Source: a virus (lineage: Duplodnaviria; Caudoviricetes). From it: a DNA stretch of 62,257 nucleotides. This document shows, in pieces, positions 18,820 through 27,961 of the stretch (the stretch's first letter is position 1; each line of letters opens with the position of its first letter). The notes under the pieces were generated by a model. It searched no databases and was not told the origin of the DNA. It saw only the letters and a program-made list of their open reading frames with translations. The position numbers and the translations under genes were made by a program. The stretch covers positions 1-62,257 of the IMG/VR virus record IMGVR_UViG_3300030052_000108. The stretch is one strand, 5' to 3'.

Positions 18820-18936
18820 GCTTGCGGCTCCAGGGGAGGGAGAAGCCAGAAGCGTAGCAGGGACAGCACAAGCGGGGGCGGCGATCAGCCTTCGAGTCTC
18901 GCAATCCTCGCGCGACCCGAAGGGTGTCAAACGCGC

Positions 18937-19212
18937 TTAGATGCGGATGATCTGGGTGATGTGCGGTTTACCTTTGAGGGGGGCGTAGATTTCCACGATT
19001 GCTGCCCAGATTGCTGGCGAACCAGGCTGCTGTGCTTTCGAGTGATAGCGATAGTTTGTGCCGGCGACGACCTGAGTCGAAACCGTCTCAGGGGTGTATT
19101 GCACCCCCACAAAGCCTTCCAAGGCTTCTTTGAATACAGCGTGGTCCTTTGGGGTCAGTTCGTGGTAAGCAGTCCATCCGCCAACACCAACGTGGTTTTC
19201 TTGAGCTGACAT
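18937..19212 (-). CDS. Cystatin-like (I25) cysteine protease inhibitor
   Basis: N-terminal GGW and QVVAGTNY (QxVxG) signature; 91 aa. Confidence 0.75.
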   Translation of the reverse strand: MSAQENHVGVGGWTAYHELTPKDHAVFKEALEGFVGVQYTPETVSTQVVAGTNYRYHSKAQQPGSPAIWAAIVEIYAPLKGKPHITQIIRI

Positions 19213-19762
19213 ACTATAAATCTCCATATTTAAGTTCCTACTCGTTTGGCTTTTCGGAGTCCGCCCCGTCTATTGAATGGTTTCCGGAATCCATTTCCTG
19301 AGAGTGCTCCTGGGCAACGACTTTTGGTCGCAAAACAGATTCCTGGGAGGGCACCAGTGCTTAACGCTTTGGTCGGGCAGGGGCAGCCATAAGCTCGCGT
19401 GGATTCCTGAGCATTTGGCTATGGAGGATTGGGTGGCGGTCACCAATTTCAGATCCTCTTCCCTGATAGAAACAACTCATCAATTAATGATGATTGCCAG
19501 ACGTCCACGTCTTTTCTAGGGCGGCTCTGCGAATAAGGCATGCCGCTTGATGGCTTTAAGCTATCAAATACAAGGGGAATGTATGTACGTGTTTGGCAGT
19601 GATGGGTGTAAGGCATCGACGATTGGTGAATTCGAAAGCAGCACCTGATCCCGCCATTTTTTAACCTGCAGAGCGCCGAATCTGCGGTTATCGTCGGGCT
19701 ACACGACGAACTTCTGGGTGGCTGCAAAGCCAGCCCGACCCCAGAGAGATTGGAAGTTCAGG

Positions 19763-19874
19763 CAAAAAAAAGCCCGCTTGTGGGCGGACCTAAAGGGAAT
19801 TCTTCAAAGGAGTAGGGCGACTTTGCGCTCCGCCCTGTAAATGCCAGGTGAAAAGGATGTCGCTAAAGCAGAAA
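19763..19874 (-). repeat. 112-bp direct repeat copy 2
   Basis: Matches 17541-17652. Confidence 0.9.
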
Positions 19875-19926
19875 GCCATCTCAATGGATACGCTACGGCA
19901 AACACAGCCCAGGACAACGGCTTATG

Positions 19927-21552
19927 TCAGACCTTGAAGCGCGCCACCAGGTGATTCAACTCAATCGCCAGGTTGGCCATCTCAGCGCAGGCGCTGGCGG
20001 TCTGACTTGCGCCCGCCGAACTCTGGACCGACAGTTCGCGGATGCTGGTCAGGTTCTGGTCGGCCTCGCGGGCCACCTGCGCCTGCTCTTCTGAGGCGGT
20101 GGCGATCAGCAGGTTGCGTTCGTTGATCTGGGTGATGGTCCCGGCGATCTGCTTGAGCGAAAGGTCGGCGTTCTGCGCCACCGAGATTGAGCTGCTGGCC
20201 ATCTGGGCGCTGACGTTCATGGCGCTCACCGCCTGGGTCGAGTCGGCCTGAATCGCGCTGATCATCTGTTCGATTTCCTGGGTCGACTGCTGGGTGCGGT
20301 GGGCCAGGGCCCGCACTTCATCGGCCACCACAGCAAAACCACGGCCTTGCTCGCCGGCGCGGGCGGCTTCAATGGCCGCGTTCAGCGCCAGCAGGTTGGT
20401 TTGCTCGGCAATCGCGCGAATCACCTCGACCACCTTACTGATGTCCTGAGCCCTGCCGGACAGTGCCTTGACCTGCTCACCAGTGCTGGCCACGTTGCTG
20501 GCCAAGCTTTCGATGGCTTTCAGGGTCTGTGCCACATTCTCGATACCCGAGCGGGTGAATTCCATAGACTCGCGGGAAGATTGCGCGGCGGCTTCGGCAT
20601 TGCGTGCCACCTCGTCCACCGCGGCGCTCATTTCGGTCACTGCAGTGGCGGCCTGATTGACCTCATCGTTCTGCCGCACTAGTCCGCGGCTGGCATCTTC
20701 GGTCACCGCGGTCATTTCTTCCGATGCCGACGCCAGTTGGGTGGAGGAATCGGCGATAAGGGCGATGGTTTCTCGCAGGTTGCTCTGCATCTTCGCCAGA
20801 GCCGCCAGCAGGCGACCGGCTTCATCGCGGCTACTGATCCCGATCTCCCGGGACAGGTCGCTGCCGGCGATGCGCTCGGCCACTGCCAGGGCATCGCTGA
20901 TGGGCGAGGTGATGCTGCGGGTCAGCACCGTAGCTAGCACTACGGTGAGTATCACGGTCACCGCCAGCAGGCCGATCACCAGCGTCACGCCATTGCTGTA
21001 GGTCGCGGCAGCATCCAGACCTGAACGCTTGGCGCCCTCATCGTTAAAGTCCGAGAGCTTGCCCATCTTGTCCTGCAGGTCGTTGGCCATCGGGCTGATG
21101 CGAGTATTGATCAGAGCAATGGCTGCGGCGTTGTCACCGCTTCGCAGCAACGGCTCCAGCTCATCCAACAGTTTGAAATACTGCTGCGCATCGGTGTCTA
21201 CTGCCTGGTAGAGCTCACGCTCTGCCGGCCCGGTAATCAATGGTACGTATTGGCTGATGGTGTTCTGTAGCGTGCTGCGGTAGCCGCTCAATGAAGCGAT
21301 GCGGGTTTGGCGCTGTTGTTCGTCGGTGGTCACGGTGATGCGTATGCTTTCCAGGCGCAGGCGCAAGACGCCTGTCTGCATCTTGCCGATCTCACGGATG
21401 CTCGCCATCCAATTAGTTTCGACATCCTGCTCCGAGTCTCGAAGCTTTCCCATTTGCAGCACCGCGACGATGCCCAGAGCAAAAACTACCAGGACAATGA
21501 GCGAGAAGAAGGCGGCAGATCTTGGAGCAAGGTTCATAGTCCTGACGTTCAT
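19927..21552 (-). CDS. Methyl-accepting chemotaxis protein (4-helix bundle sensor, HAMP, signalling domain)
   Basis: Two TM helices; [34 protein letters not shown] hairpin. Confidence 0.97.
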   Translation of the reverse strand: MNVRTMNLAPRSAAFFSLIVLVVFALGIVAVLQMGKLRDSEQDVETNWMASIREIGKMQTGVLRLRLESIRITVTTDEQQRQTRIASLSGYRSTLQNTISQYVPLITGPAERELYQAVDTDAQQYFKLLDELEPLLRSGDNAAAIALINTRISPMANDLQDKMGKLSDFNDEGAKRSGLDAAATYSNGVTLVIGLLAVTVILTVVLATVLTRSITSPISDALAVAERIAGSDLSREIGISSRDEAGRLLAALAKMQSNLRETIALIADSSTQLASASEEMTAVTEDASRGLVRQNDEVNQAATAVTEMSAAVDEVARNAEAAAQSSRESMEFTRSGIENVAQTLKAIESLASNVASTGEQVKALSGRAQDISKVVEVIRAIAEQTNLLALNAAIEAARAGEQGRGFAVVADEVRALAHRTQQSTQEIEQMISAIQADSTQAVSAMNVSAQMASSSISVAQNADLSLKQIAGTITQINERNLLIATASEEQAQVAREADQNLTSIRELSVQSSAGASQTASACAEMANLAIELNHLVARFKV

Positions 21553-21595
21553 TTTTTATCTCCCTTAGAAACGTACGCACTGCTGTTATTCCAGG

Positions 21596-21622
21596 CTATC
21601 GACCAAGATGCCTGGAGCTTCA
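21596..21622 (-). promoter_or_regulatory. Sigma28 (FliA)-type promoter for the MCP
   Basis: Minus strand TGAAG-N14-GTCGATAG. Confidence 0.65.
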
Positions 21623-21846
21623 AGCCACCCGACAATTGGGTTAGCGCAGCCTCTGGCAAGACATCAAGCCAGAGCAACTGATCTCATTTAGACATCACTC
21701 TAGTTCAGGCTTTGTCATAAAACCGTTGAGGTGGCGTGATTTTTTTGTGCATGCCTAAGAGCATGGATTTCCGATGGAGAAGGGTCGCAGAACTGAAAAA
21801 CGCAGAAACAGGAAGCTCGGGCTCGAAGCCAGCGTGAAGGTCGGTA

Positions 21847-22173
21847 TCAGAATGAAGTTGCTATCGACCGGGCCAGTTGCATGTCTGACATGAGCGGAGA
21901 AGGATAGGTCGACTGGTAGTATCTGGACGCCTGCTCAAACTCCGCGCCGCGAATCTCGCCGCCTGAACCAATGAACGCCAGAGCGTCAGTCTTGGCTGAT
22001 TTAAAGTACTCTGGAATTTCCGAGGTAATAGCCGTGGGCGCTGAGATGATCACTGCGGGCACGATGGTGGTGATCATGAGCGCGCCTTGGAACGGGTTGT
22101 TGTTTTCGGCTGCAATGGCCTGAGTGGTGCTCAGCACCATGACGGCGGCTGCCAGAGTCTTCCATGAATCCAT
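21847..22173 (-). CDS. DUF2388 family secreted protein
   Basis: Signal peptide; AKTDALAFIGSGGEIRGA.FEQA...SDMQLA. Confidence 0.85.
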   Translation of the reverse strand: MDSWKTLAAAVMVLSTTQAIAAENNNPFQGALMITTIVPAVIISAPTAITSEIPEYFKSAKTDALAFIGSGGEIRGAEFEQASRYYQSTYPSPLMSDMQLARSIATSF

Positions 22174-22268
22174 TCTTCGATGCTTCCATTGCGATCCGAG
22201 GGCTCAACGATAGCAGAGTAGGGCGCTTGCTAGAAACAAGAAGCCCGGCGCGGGGCCGGGCTTACAAG

Positions 22269-22889
22269 TCAGTTCTGCTGCAGGTACTCATTGACTTGAC
22301 GAAGTTTTGTTAGGATTTTTTCGCGGTTACCGATTGCGTTATTCACGTATAGCGGGCTCGGGTGGGCACAGATGAACAGCTTCAGATCGGGCCGGACTGA
22401 GGCAATTGCTGCTTTGGCTCTCTCTGCCTTTCTCCCCAGTAAAACGACAGTCCGCAGTTTTGGTAGCAGCGCCAGCAATCGAGGTAGTGGTTGAAGCCCT
22501 GCTTCTAGATCGAGAGGCGTGGCTGCTCGTATTTTCGTACCACTCCCGATGTACCAAGGGACGACATTCCAAAGCACTGTGCGTTTGCGGCCAATACCAG
22601 CCTCGACCCCAAGGTCGAACATATTCTTCGCAGTCTCGTCAGGGTTGTTCCTTGAAATGAATCCTGAGGCCACCGCTTTGGCCCCGGGCGCCTCCAGTAG
22701 GAACAACGCTTCAGCGTCGACGCCGCCATCCCAAGGATCAAAGTAGGGGATCTCCGCACCTGGGCCTGCGCTCTCGCGAAGCTGGTCAACAAAATGGGTC
22801 AATGGGTAAATATGGGATTCTCCGAGCTGCAACATGCGGCTGGCCTTCGCCTCTTGGCACCGAAGCATCTTGGGAAGGTCTGCAAGCAT
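22269..22889 (-). CDS. Uracil-DNA glycosylase superfamily protein
   Basis: LEAPG, WNVVPW, VVLLG..A and HPSP motifs. Confidence 0.85.
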   Translation of the reverse strand: MLADLPKMLRCQEAKASRMLQLGESHIYPLTHFVDQLRESAGPGAEIPYFDPWDGGVDAEALFLLEAPGAKAVASGFISRNNPDETAKNMFDLGVEAGIGRKRTVLWNVVPWYIGSGTKIRAATPLDLEAGLQPLPRLLALLPKLRTVVLLGRKAERAKAAIASVRPDLKLFICAHPSPLYVNNAIGNREKILTKLRQVNEYLQQN

Positions 22890-22983
22890 TTTGTGTTCTC
22901 GGATCGAGAGGTTGGGCAGGGAAGGGCAGATACAAGAAGCCCGGCGCTGGGCCGGACCTCTTGAGCGGAAAAGGGATATTGGA

Positions 22984-23298
22984 TTAAAGCCAGCCAAAAC
23001 CTTTAGCCATCATCCCGGCCAAGCCAATTGCGACAACGATCAGAGAGCCAAAGACAAGTCTGAAATCAACTTTCATGTCGGTGCGGATGTTTGAAAGCTC
23101 AGCTTTGGTTTCTCCTCGAAACTCGCGCACATCGTCCTTCAGAGAGTCCAGATCTCTCCGAATGTACTGTACGTGTGTTTCAAGTTGAGCAACTCGAGCT
23201 TCCAATTCACCACCTCCACCACCAGGCCCATCGCGCTTCCATGATGGATGACCGGGCATGATATTGCCAGACGAATCTAACAGCCTTGGCTCATCCAT
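22984..23298 (-). CDS. Coiled-coil protein with C-terminal TM anchor (XhlA/DUF1640-like)
   Basis: LEARVAQLE heptads, then hydrophobic tail ending MAKGFGWL. Confidence 0.7.
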   Translation of the reverse strand: MDEPRLLDSSGNIMPGHPSWKRDGPGGGGGELEARVAQLETHVQYIRRDLDSLKDDVREFRGETKAELSNIRTDMKVDFRLVFGSLIVVAIGLAGMMAKGFGWL

Positions 23299-23626
23299 TT
23301 CTGCCTGACTCCACGCCGGCAATCATTCTATTAAGAGTTTTCGCCAGTTCTTTGGCCGTCTCAATTGGCATGGAAATCCCAGCCACATCAAGCCGGAACA
23401 AATCCACCTTTCCGCTTCTGGACTCTGTTGGGCGATCCTGAAAGTGCTCTAGGCGAGAAGTTTGAACCAGAAGCGTGTCCCTGCCGAAGGTAAGGTGCAC
23501 GGCATCTGCTCCATTCCAGCTGAGGGTGAAGGCATCAAACTTATCTACGTGCTCATCGACATAGGATGTCGCACGCTGATGTGGAAATTCAACAGTGTGT
23601 GTTGACTCGCTCACTTCCATCTCCAT
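23291..23626 (-). CDS. Hypothetical protein (DUF3467-like beta-rich fold)
   Basis: VHLTFG...VAGISMP...AKELA..L; overlaps downstream gene; start uncertain. Confidence 0.6.
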   Translation of the reverse strand: MEMEVSESTHTVEFPHQRATSYVDEHVDKFDAFTLSWNGADAVHLTFGRDTLLVQTSRLEHFQDRPTESRSGKVDLFRLDVAGISMPIETAKELAKTLNRMIAGVESGRNG

Positions 23627-23680
23627 GCGCTTTGCGCTCAATTGAATTGCTACAGCATCCCGCCGCGCCAAACCACGCAC

Positions 23681-23935
23681 CTACTCGGGCTTGCTCCGAT
23701 TTATCTGCCCCGCCTTCACCTCATCCGCATAACCGCTGAGCTTTTCCTGATGGGCGCTGAGCAGAGTGCACATCTTCATCAAGGCGATGGCCTCATCCGG
23801 TGATTTGGCGAGCCCCGCGACAGTGGTCAGCTCGGCTACCGACCAGGCGATAACTGCTGTCGCATCTTCAAGGTCGTAGAACAGTTCTTGCTGGGCGGTC
23901 CTGGGGCCGTCGAGCTTTTCCATCAGATCTGCCAT
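23681..23935 (-). CDS. Small helical protein (paralog of 24160-24384)
   Basis: AIALM...L.GYA.EVK.GQI.R shared C-terminus. Confidence 0.75.
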   Translation of the reverse strand: MADLMEKLDGPRTAQQELFYDLEDATAVIAWSVAELTTVAGLAKSPDEAIALMKMCTLLSAHQEKLSGYADEVKAGQINRSKPE

Positions 23936-24154
23936 TTACCCGTCCTTCCCATAGAAGTGGTTCAGCGCTATCAGCTCAAACACACCCACGAAAACGCAGA
24001 GCATAACGAAGCCAGAGCTGAAGACGCGCTTGCGGCCTGATGAGCCCCAGCTAAGCCCGGCCGCGTCGGAGTAGCCAGGAATCACCATAAGCAGCGCCAG
24101 CCAGGCCCAGACCCCAACCTTGCTCCAGAAGCTCTGCTCTCGCCATGCAGTCAT
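23936..24154 (-). CDS. Small two-TM membrane protein
   Basis: Two hydrophobic helices; abuts neighbours. Confidence 0.7.
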   Translation of the reverse strand: MTAWREQSFWSKVGVWAWLALLMVIPGYSDAAGLSWGSSGRKRVFSSGFVMLCVFVGVFELIALNHFYGKDG

Positions 24155-24159
24155 TTGAG

Positions 24160-24384
24160 CTATTCCGTAACCCGCTTTATTTGACCGTTCTTCACTTCCT
24201 CGGCATAACCCACCAACCTATCGGCTTCCTCATAGAGCGTGCCCACCAACCCCATCAGGGCTATGGCATCGGCATCGCTGAGCTTTTCCGCCAGCTTTCC
24301 CAGGTCGATACAGGACTGCTCAAGGTTGAAGGCGATGGCCTTGAGGTCGCGGCGTAGCTGCTGGTTGGGCTTGGTGAGGGACAT
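24160..24384 (-). CDS. Small helical protein directly downstream of cI
   Basis: AAGGAG RBS; MSLTKPNQQL. Confidence 0.75.
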   Translation of the reverse strand: MSLTKPNQQLRRDLKAIAFNLEQSCIDLGKLAEKLSDADAIALMGLVGTLYEEADRLVGYAEEVKNGQIKRVTE

Positions 24385-24403
24385 GGCTACTCCTTGAAGT
24401 GCG

Positions 24404-25063
24404 TCAGTAAAACTTCTGCAGCGCCTGCACCACCACACCCACGATCCGGCAATTCTCGTCGACCGCCTCGATTGGGTAGCTTGGGTTCAGCGGTTTCAGA
24501 AATAGCCGGCCGCCGTCGCTCACGAGTTTCTTGAATGTCGCTTCATTGCTGTCCGGCAGCTTGGCCACGACCAGCTTACCTGGCGCGACCTCGGCTTCGG
24601 TGTCGACTAGGATCAACGTGCCTTCGGTGACGCTCTGGCCTGCAGGCGCCGTCATCGAGTCGCCTTTCACCTTTAGCCAAAACGCCGTGCCTTTGGAGTC
24701 GTACTCCGAAAACTCATAGCTGTCCGAGAATCCGGCCGGGTAGGGCTCAACAGCCTCCGCCCAGGCGCCGGCGGCTACCCAGCTGATTACTGGATAGCGG
24801 AATGATTTTGTGGGTTGGGCGGCGATGGAGATGTTTGACTCGGCAGCGCTCACACCTGTCATTGGCCCGGTATTTTCGGAGAGCCAAATAGCGTTCACAC
24901 CACACACATGGGCGATCTTCGGTAGGTGTGCGCTTTGAAGGTTCTTTCCGGTCTCCAGCTGGGAGATTACCGGTTGCTCAACACCCACTTTTAAGGCGAG
25001 CGCCTTCTGCGTCAGCTTGGCGTGGTTGCGTGCGGTTTTGATTCGTTCGGCGAGTGTGCTCAT
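24404..25063 (-). CDS. cI: CI-like repressor (HTH + S24 peptidase)
   Basis: XRE HTH; VAAG cleavage site; GDSM and ATFKKL catalytic motifs; divergent from cro. Confidence 0.95.
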   Translation of the reverse strand: MSTLAERIKTARNHAKLTQKALALKVGVEQPVISQLETGKNLQSAHLPKIAHVCGVNAIWLSENTGPMTGVSAAESNISIAAQPTKSFRYPVISWVAAGAWAEAVEPYPAGFSDSYEFSEYDSKGTAFWLKVKGDSMTAPAGQSVTEGTLILVDTEAEVAPGKLVVAKLPDSNEATFKKLVSDGGRLFLKPLNPSYPIEAVDENCRIVGVVVQALQKFY

Positions 25064-25075
25064 CAGCTGAAATTT

Positions 25076-25136
25076 ATAAGTTCCCTTATCGGCTTGCAAA
25101 TAAGTTTCCTTCTACTTAGGATATAAGCAGGCTTAT
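25076..25136. promoter_or_regulatory. OR operators and PR promoter
   Basis: ATAAG-N4-CTT(A/C)T at 25076-25089, 25100-25113 and 25123-25136; TTGCAA-17-TAGGAT. Confidence 0.85.
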
Positions 25137-25151
25137 CAGGAGGGCGCTCTT

Positions 25152-25364
25152 ATGACCCCTATCGAAAGGCTCGTCGACTTCTTCGGCGGGCAAACCAAAA
25201 CCGCTTTAGCGCTCGACGTTTCTCAAGCCGCAGTTTCGTACTGGGTTGCCGGGATTCACCCGATGCGCGCCGAAAAGGCTTTCAAAGCAGAAGAGTTGAC
25301 CGGCGGAAAAATCACTGCCCGCGAGCTATGCATGCGCCAGAAGGGGGCTCAATCCGCCGCCTAA
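25152..25364 (+). CDS. cro: Cro/YdaS-like HTH regulator
   Basis: GGQ..TA.AL.VSQ.AVS.W...E.LTGG....EL. Confidence 0.9.
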   Translation: MTPIERLVDFFGGQTKTALALDVSQAAVSYWVAGIHPMRAEKAFKAEELTGGKITARELCMRQKGAQSAA

Positions 25365-25414
25365 CATCCCTGTCCGCCGTTCCATTGAAGCCAGATTAGA
25401 AGAGAGCAGTCCCC

Positions 25415-26035
25415 ATGAAAACGTCCAGTTCCAGACACACCGTACAAACCCGTGATCAGGTGCTGGTCGCCCACGCTGCAAACCAGATCGCACGCACCAG
25501 TCTGAGCCAGGACGATTTCGCCCAGGCGCTGAGCCGCGAGATCTATCTGGCCGTACCCGCTTCGAAAATCGAGCTGGCAAAGGTTCCTGACTTTGAGGAA
25601 CTGGCCCGCCAAAACGACGTAGGTGAATTCATCAAGGCGACCGGCCGCTGGCTCAAGCGTGTTCAGCGCTGGCTGTCGGGCGATCAGGAAATGCCGTCCT
25701 GGCTTGAAGAGTCGTGGGTGAACGCCCTTGAGCCTGAATTCCGCGACCACTGCATCAATGAACTGGCGAGCCGTCATGGCCTGACTGGCGCCCGCCAGAT
25801 GACCAGCGATCAATGCGCGAACAAAAGTTTCGGCGCTCTGATCCGCGCACTGGGCGACGTGATCGATACCGGTAGCGAAGTGTTTGACGACCAGGTGATG
25901 TGCGAGCAGGACCTGCCGCACTTGCCGGCGTTCGCCAAGCAGTGCCGCCAGGTTGAAGCGAAGGCGGGGGAGTTGGGGCGTAAGGCTGAGCAGTTGCTCA
26001 AGGACGCCCGGCCAAATCTTAAATCTATCGCCTGA
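25415..26035 (+). CDS. CII-like regulatory protein
   Basis: Position after cro; helical. Confidence 0.55.
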   Translation: MKTSSSRHTVQTRDQVLVAHAANQIARTSLSQDDFAQALSREIYLAVPASKIELAKVPDFEELARQNDVGEFIKATGRWLKRVQRWLSGDQEMPSWLEESWVNALEPEFRDHCINELASRHGLTGARQMTSDQCANKSFGALIRALGDVIDTGSEVFDDQVMCEQDLPHLPAFAKQCRQVEAKAGELGRKAEQLLKDARPNLKSIA

Positions 26036-26208
26036 ATCCCAGGCACAAAAAAGCCAGGTTCCTGGCCTGGCTCATTGCTACTTCAGCGAGGCAATAATGA
26101 ATACACAATCTATCCCCGTCAATACCCCCAACGTTCCTGCGCCACGTTTTTCGCAATCTGAAAACGTGGCGCACATTCGCTCGCATACAGTTTAGCTGGC
26201 GGCCTGAT

Positions 26209-27186
26209 ATGCAATACACCGTCACGATTAACCAGGTGAAGGCACTGGAGTGGGGGCTGAATTCTCAGCAGGCCCTGCTGTTCGCTTTCGTCTATGGCTG
26301 CCCGAGCTGGACCAAGCCAATCAAGACTGATGACGGGATCTTCTTCGCGCTGAGCAAGGCCAAGATCATCGAGGAGCTGCCGCTGCTCACTGACAAGCCG
26401 GACACCGCTTACCGCATGCTGAAGGCCCTGGAAGAAGCCGGTTTGATTGAGCTTTCCAGCACTTCGAACATCACGCTTTTCCGGCTGACTGAGAAGGCCA
26501 TCGAGTGGAATCAGAAGCTTGATGGGTCGGAAAAATATCCGACCCCACCCAAGAACAAAGGTCGGAAAAAAATCCGATCTACCTCGGATAAATCTCCGAG
26601 CAAGGTCGGAGAAAAATCCGGGCAAGGGTCGGAAAAATCTCCGACAAATCAGGATACCAATCATCAGGGTACCAATCAGGACACCAGTCAGGGCTTGCAG
26701 GACGCCACCGGCAAGCCGGCTCAGTCCGGCAGCCTGGTTCTGGTGGTTGATCGCACCGACACTCCCCGGGTTGAGATCCCCGCCGACATGCCCGGCCCCA
26801 AAGACCAGACCTGCAAAACCTTCAAGGTTTGGGCGAACTACGCCATGGCCTACCGTAAGCGCTACAGCGCCTGGCCGGTGTGGAACGCCAAGGTCGGTGG
26901 TCAGCTCGGCCAACTGGTCGACCGCCTCGGCGCCGATGTCGCCCACCACGTCGCAGCCCACTTTCTGAAAACCAGTGATGCCACCGTTCTGCGCAAGTGC
27001 CACAGCCTCAACGAGCTGCTGGCCAACGCCGAGAGCTACCACACCCAATGGATGACCGGGCAGCGCATCAACGGCACAACCGCCCGCCAGATGGAACGGA
27101 CCGAGGCGAACCTTTCCGCGGCGGAGCAGGCCGCCCAGATGGTTTTGGCCAAGCGCCAAGCAGGTGACCGCAATGAATACCTTTGA
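26209..27186 (+). CDS. Phage replication initiator (O-like)
   Basis: N-terminal winged-HTH-like region; internal iterons. Confidence 0.8.
   Translation: MQYTVTINQVKALEWGLNSQQALLFAFVYGCPSWTKPIKTDDGIFFALSKAKIIEELPLLTDKPDTAYRMLKALEEAGLIELSSTSNITLFRLTEKAIEWNQKLDGSEKYPTPPKNKGRKKIRSTSDKSPSKVGEKSGQGSEKSPTNQDTNHQGTNQDTSQGLQDATGKPAQSGSLVLVVDRTDTPRVEIPADMPGPKDQTCKTFKVWANYAMAYRKRYSAWPVWNAKVGGQLGQLVDRLGADVAHHVAAHFLKTSDATVLRKCHSLNELLANAESYHTQWMTGQRINGTTARQMERTEANLSAAEQAAQMVLAKRQAGDRNEYL
26527..26644. repeat. Replication origin iterons, five TCGGA-N6-TCCG(A/G) palindromes
   Basis: Copies at 26527, 26562, 26584, 26606 and 26629, followed by ATCAGG..ACCA repeats. Confidence 0.85.
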
Positions 27187-27961
27187 AATGAATGACCAGC
27201 AGGTCGCCGGGCTGGCCGCCGCCATCTGCGCCACCTCCGAGGCCATGGGCCAGGAAATGAACCCAGGTACCGCAGCGATGATGGCTGAGGACCTCTGCGC
27301 TTACTCGGTGCGGGTCGTAAAAGCTGCGCTGAAGGCCTGCCGCTTCGAGGTGAAGGGCAAGCTTGCAATGGCTGACATCCTGCAACGCGTCCAGTCCTCC
27401 GACGGGCGCCCGGGCAAGGACGAGGCCTGGGCCATCGCGATGACCACCAACGACGAATTTGAAACGGTGGTGCTGACCGACGAGATCCAGCTGGCACTGG
27501 CTGCTGCGAAACCAATCTTGGATGGCGGCGACAAAATCGGTGCGCGCATGGCGTTTATCGACGCCTACCAGCGGTTCGTGAGCCAAGCCCGCGAGGATGC
27601 GAAGCCGGTCAACTGGCACGTGTCCGTAGGCTTCGACGCCAACCGCCGAATCCAGGCTGTGACCCGAGCGATGGAGCTGAAGCGAATCCCGCGCGAACAC
27701 GGCCAGAAATACCTGGCGGACCTGAGTATCGAGCCAGTCACCGAAGACGGTCGCGCGATTGCTGGTCTGCTCACCGGCACCGTTATGCGGCCAGCGCCGG
27801 CTCTACGAGAAAAGCTCGAGCTGGTGAAGTCATCGATGCTGGAGATGCGTGCAGCCAGCGCTGAGAAAAAAGACGAGATGCGCATTGAGGCAGCCAATGA
27901 GTTGGCACATCGCCGGGCGCTGCTGATCCGCCAGGCCCAGGAACTGGAGTCACGACCATGA
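27173..27961 (+). CDS. Replication protein P-like / helicase loader
   Basis: Overlaps initiator; RPG.DEAW, ARMAF..AY motifs. Confidence 0.7.
   Translation: MNTFEMNDQQVAGLAAAICATSEAMGQEMNPGTAAMMAEDLCAYSVRVVKAALKACRFEVKGKLAMADILQRVQSSDGRPGKDEAWAIAMTTNDEFETVVLTDEIQLALAAAKPILDGGDKIGARMAFIDAYQRFVSQAREDAKPVNWHVSVGFDANRRIQAVTRAMELKRIPREHGQKYLADLSIEPVTEDGRAIAGLLTGTVMRPAPALREKLELVKSSMLEMRAASAEKKDEMRIEAANELAHRRALLIRQAQELESRP

Noticed and set aside
19449-19727. Possible ORF between the cystatin-like gene and repeat copy 2
   Set aside because: TTG start without RBS and no recognisable features; probably degraded or non-coding
26527-26695. Regularly spaced palindromes resembling a CRISPR array
   Set aside because: Units are 16 bp with very short spacers inside the initiator gene, which is typical of replication iterons; no cas genes
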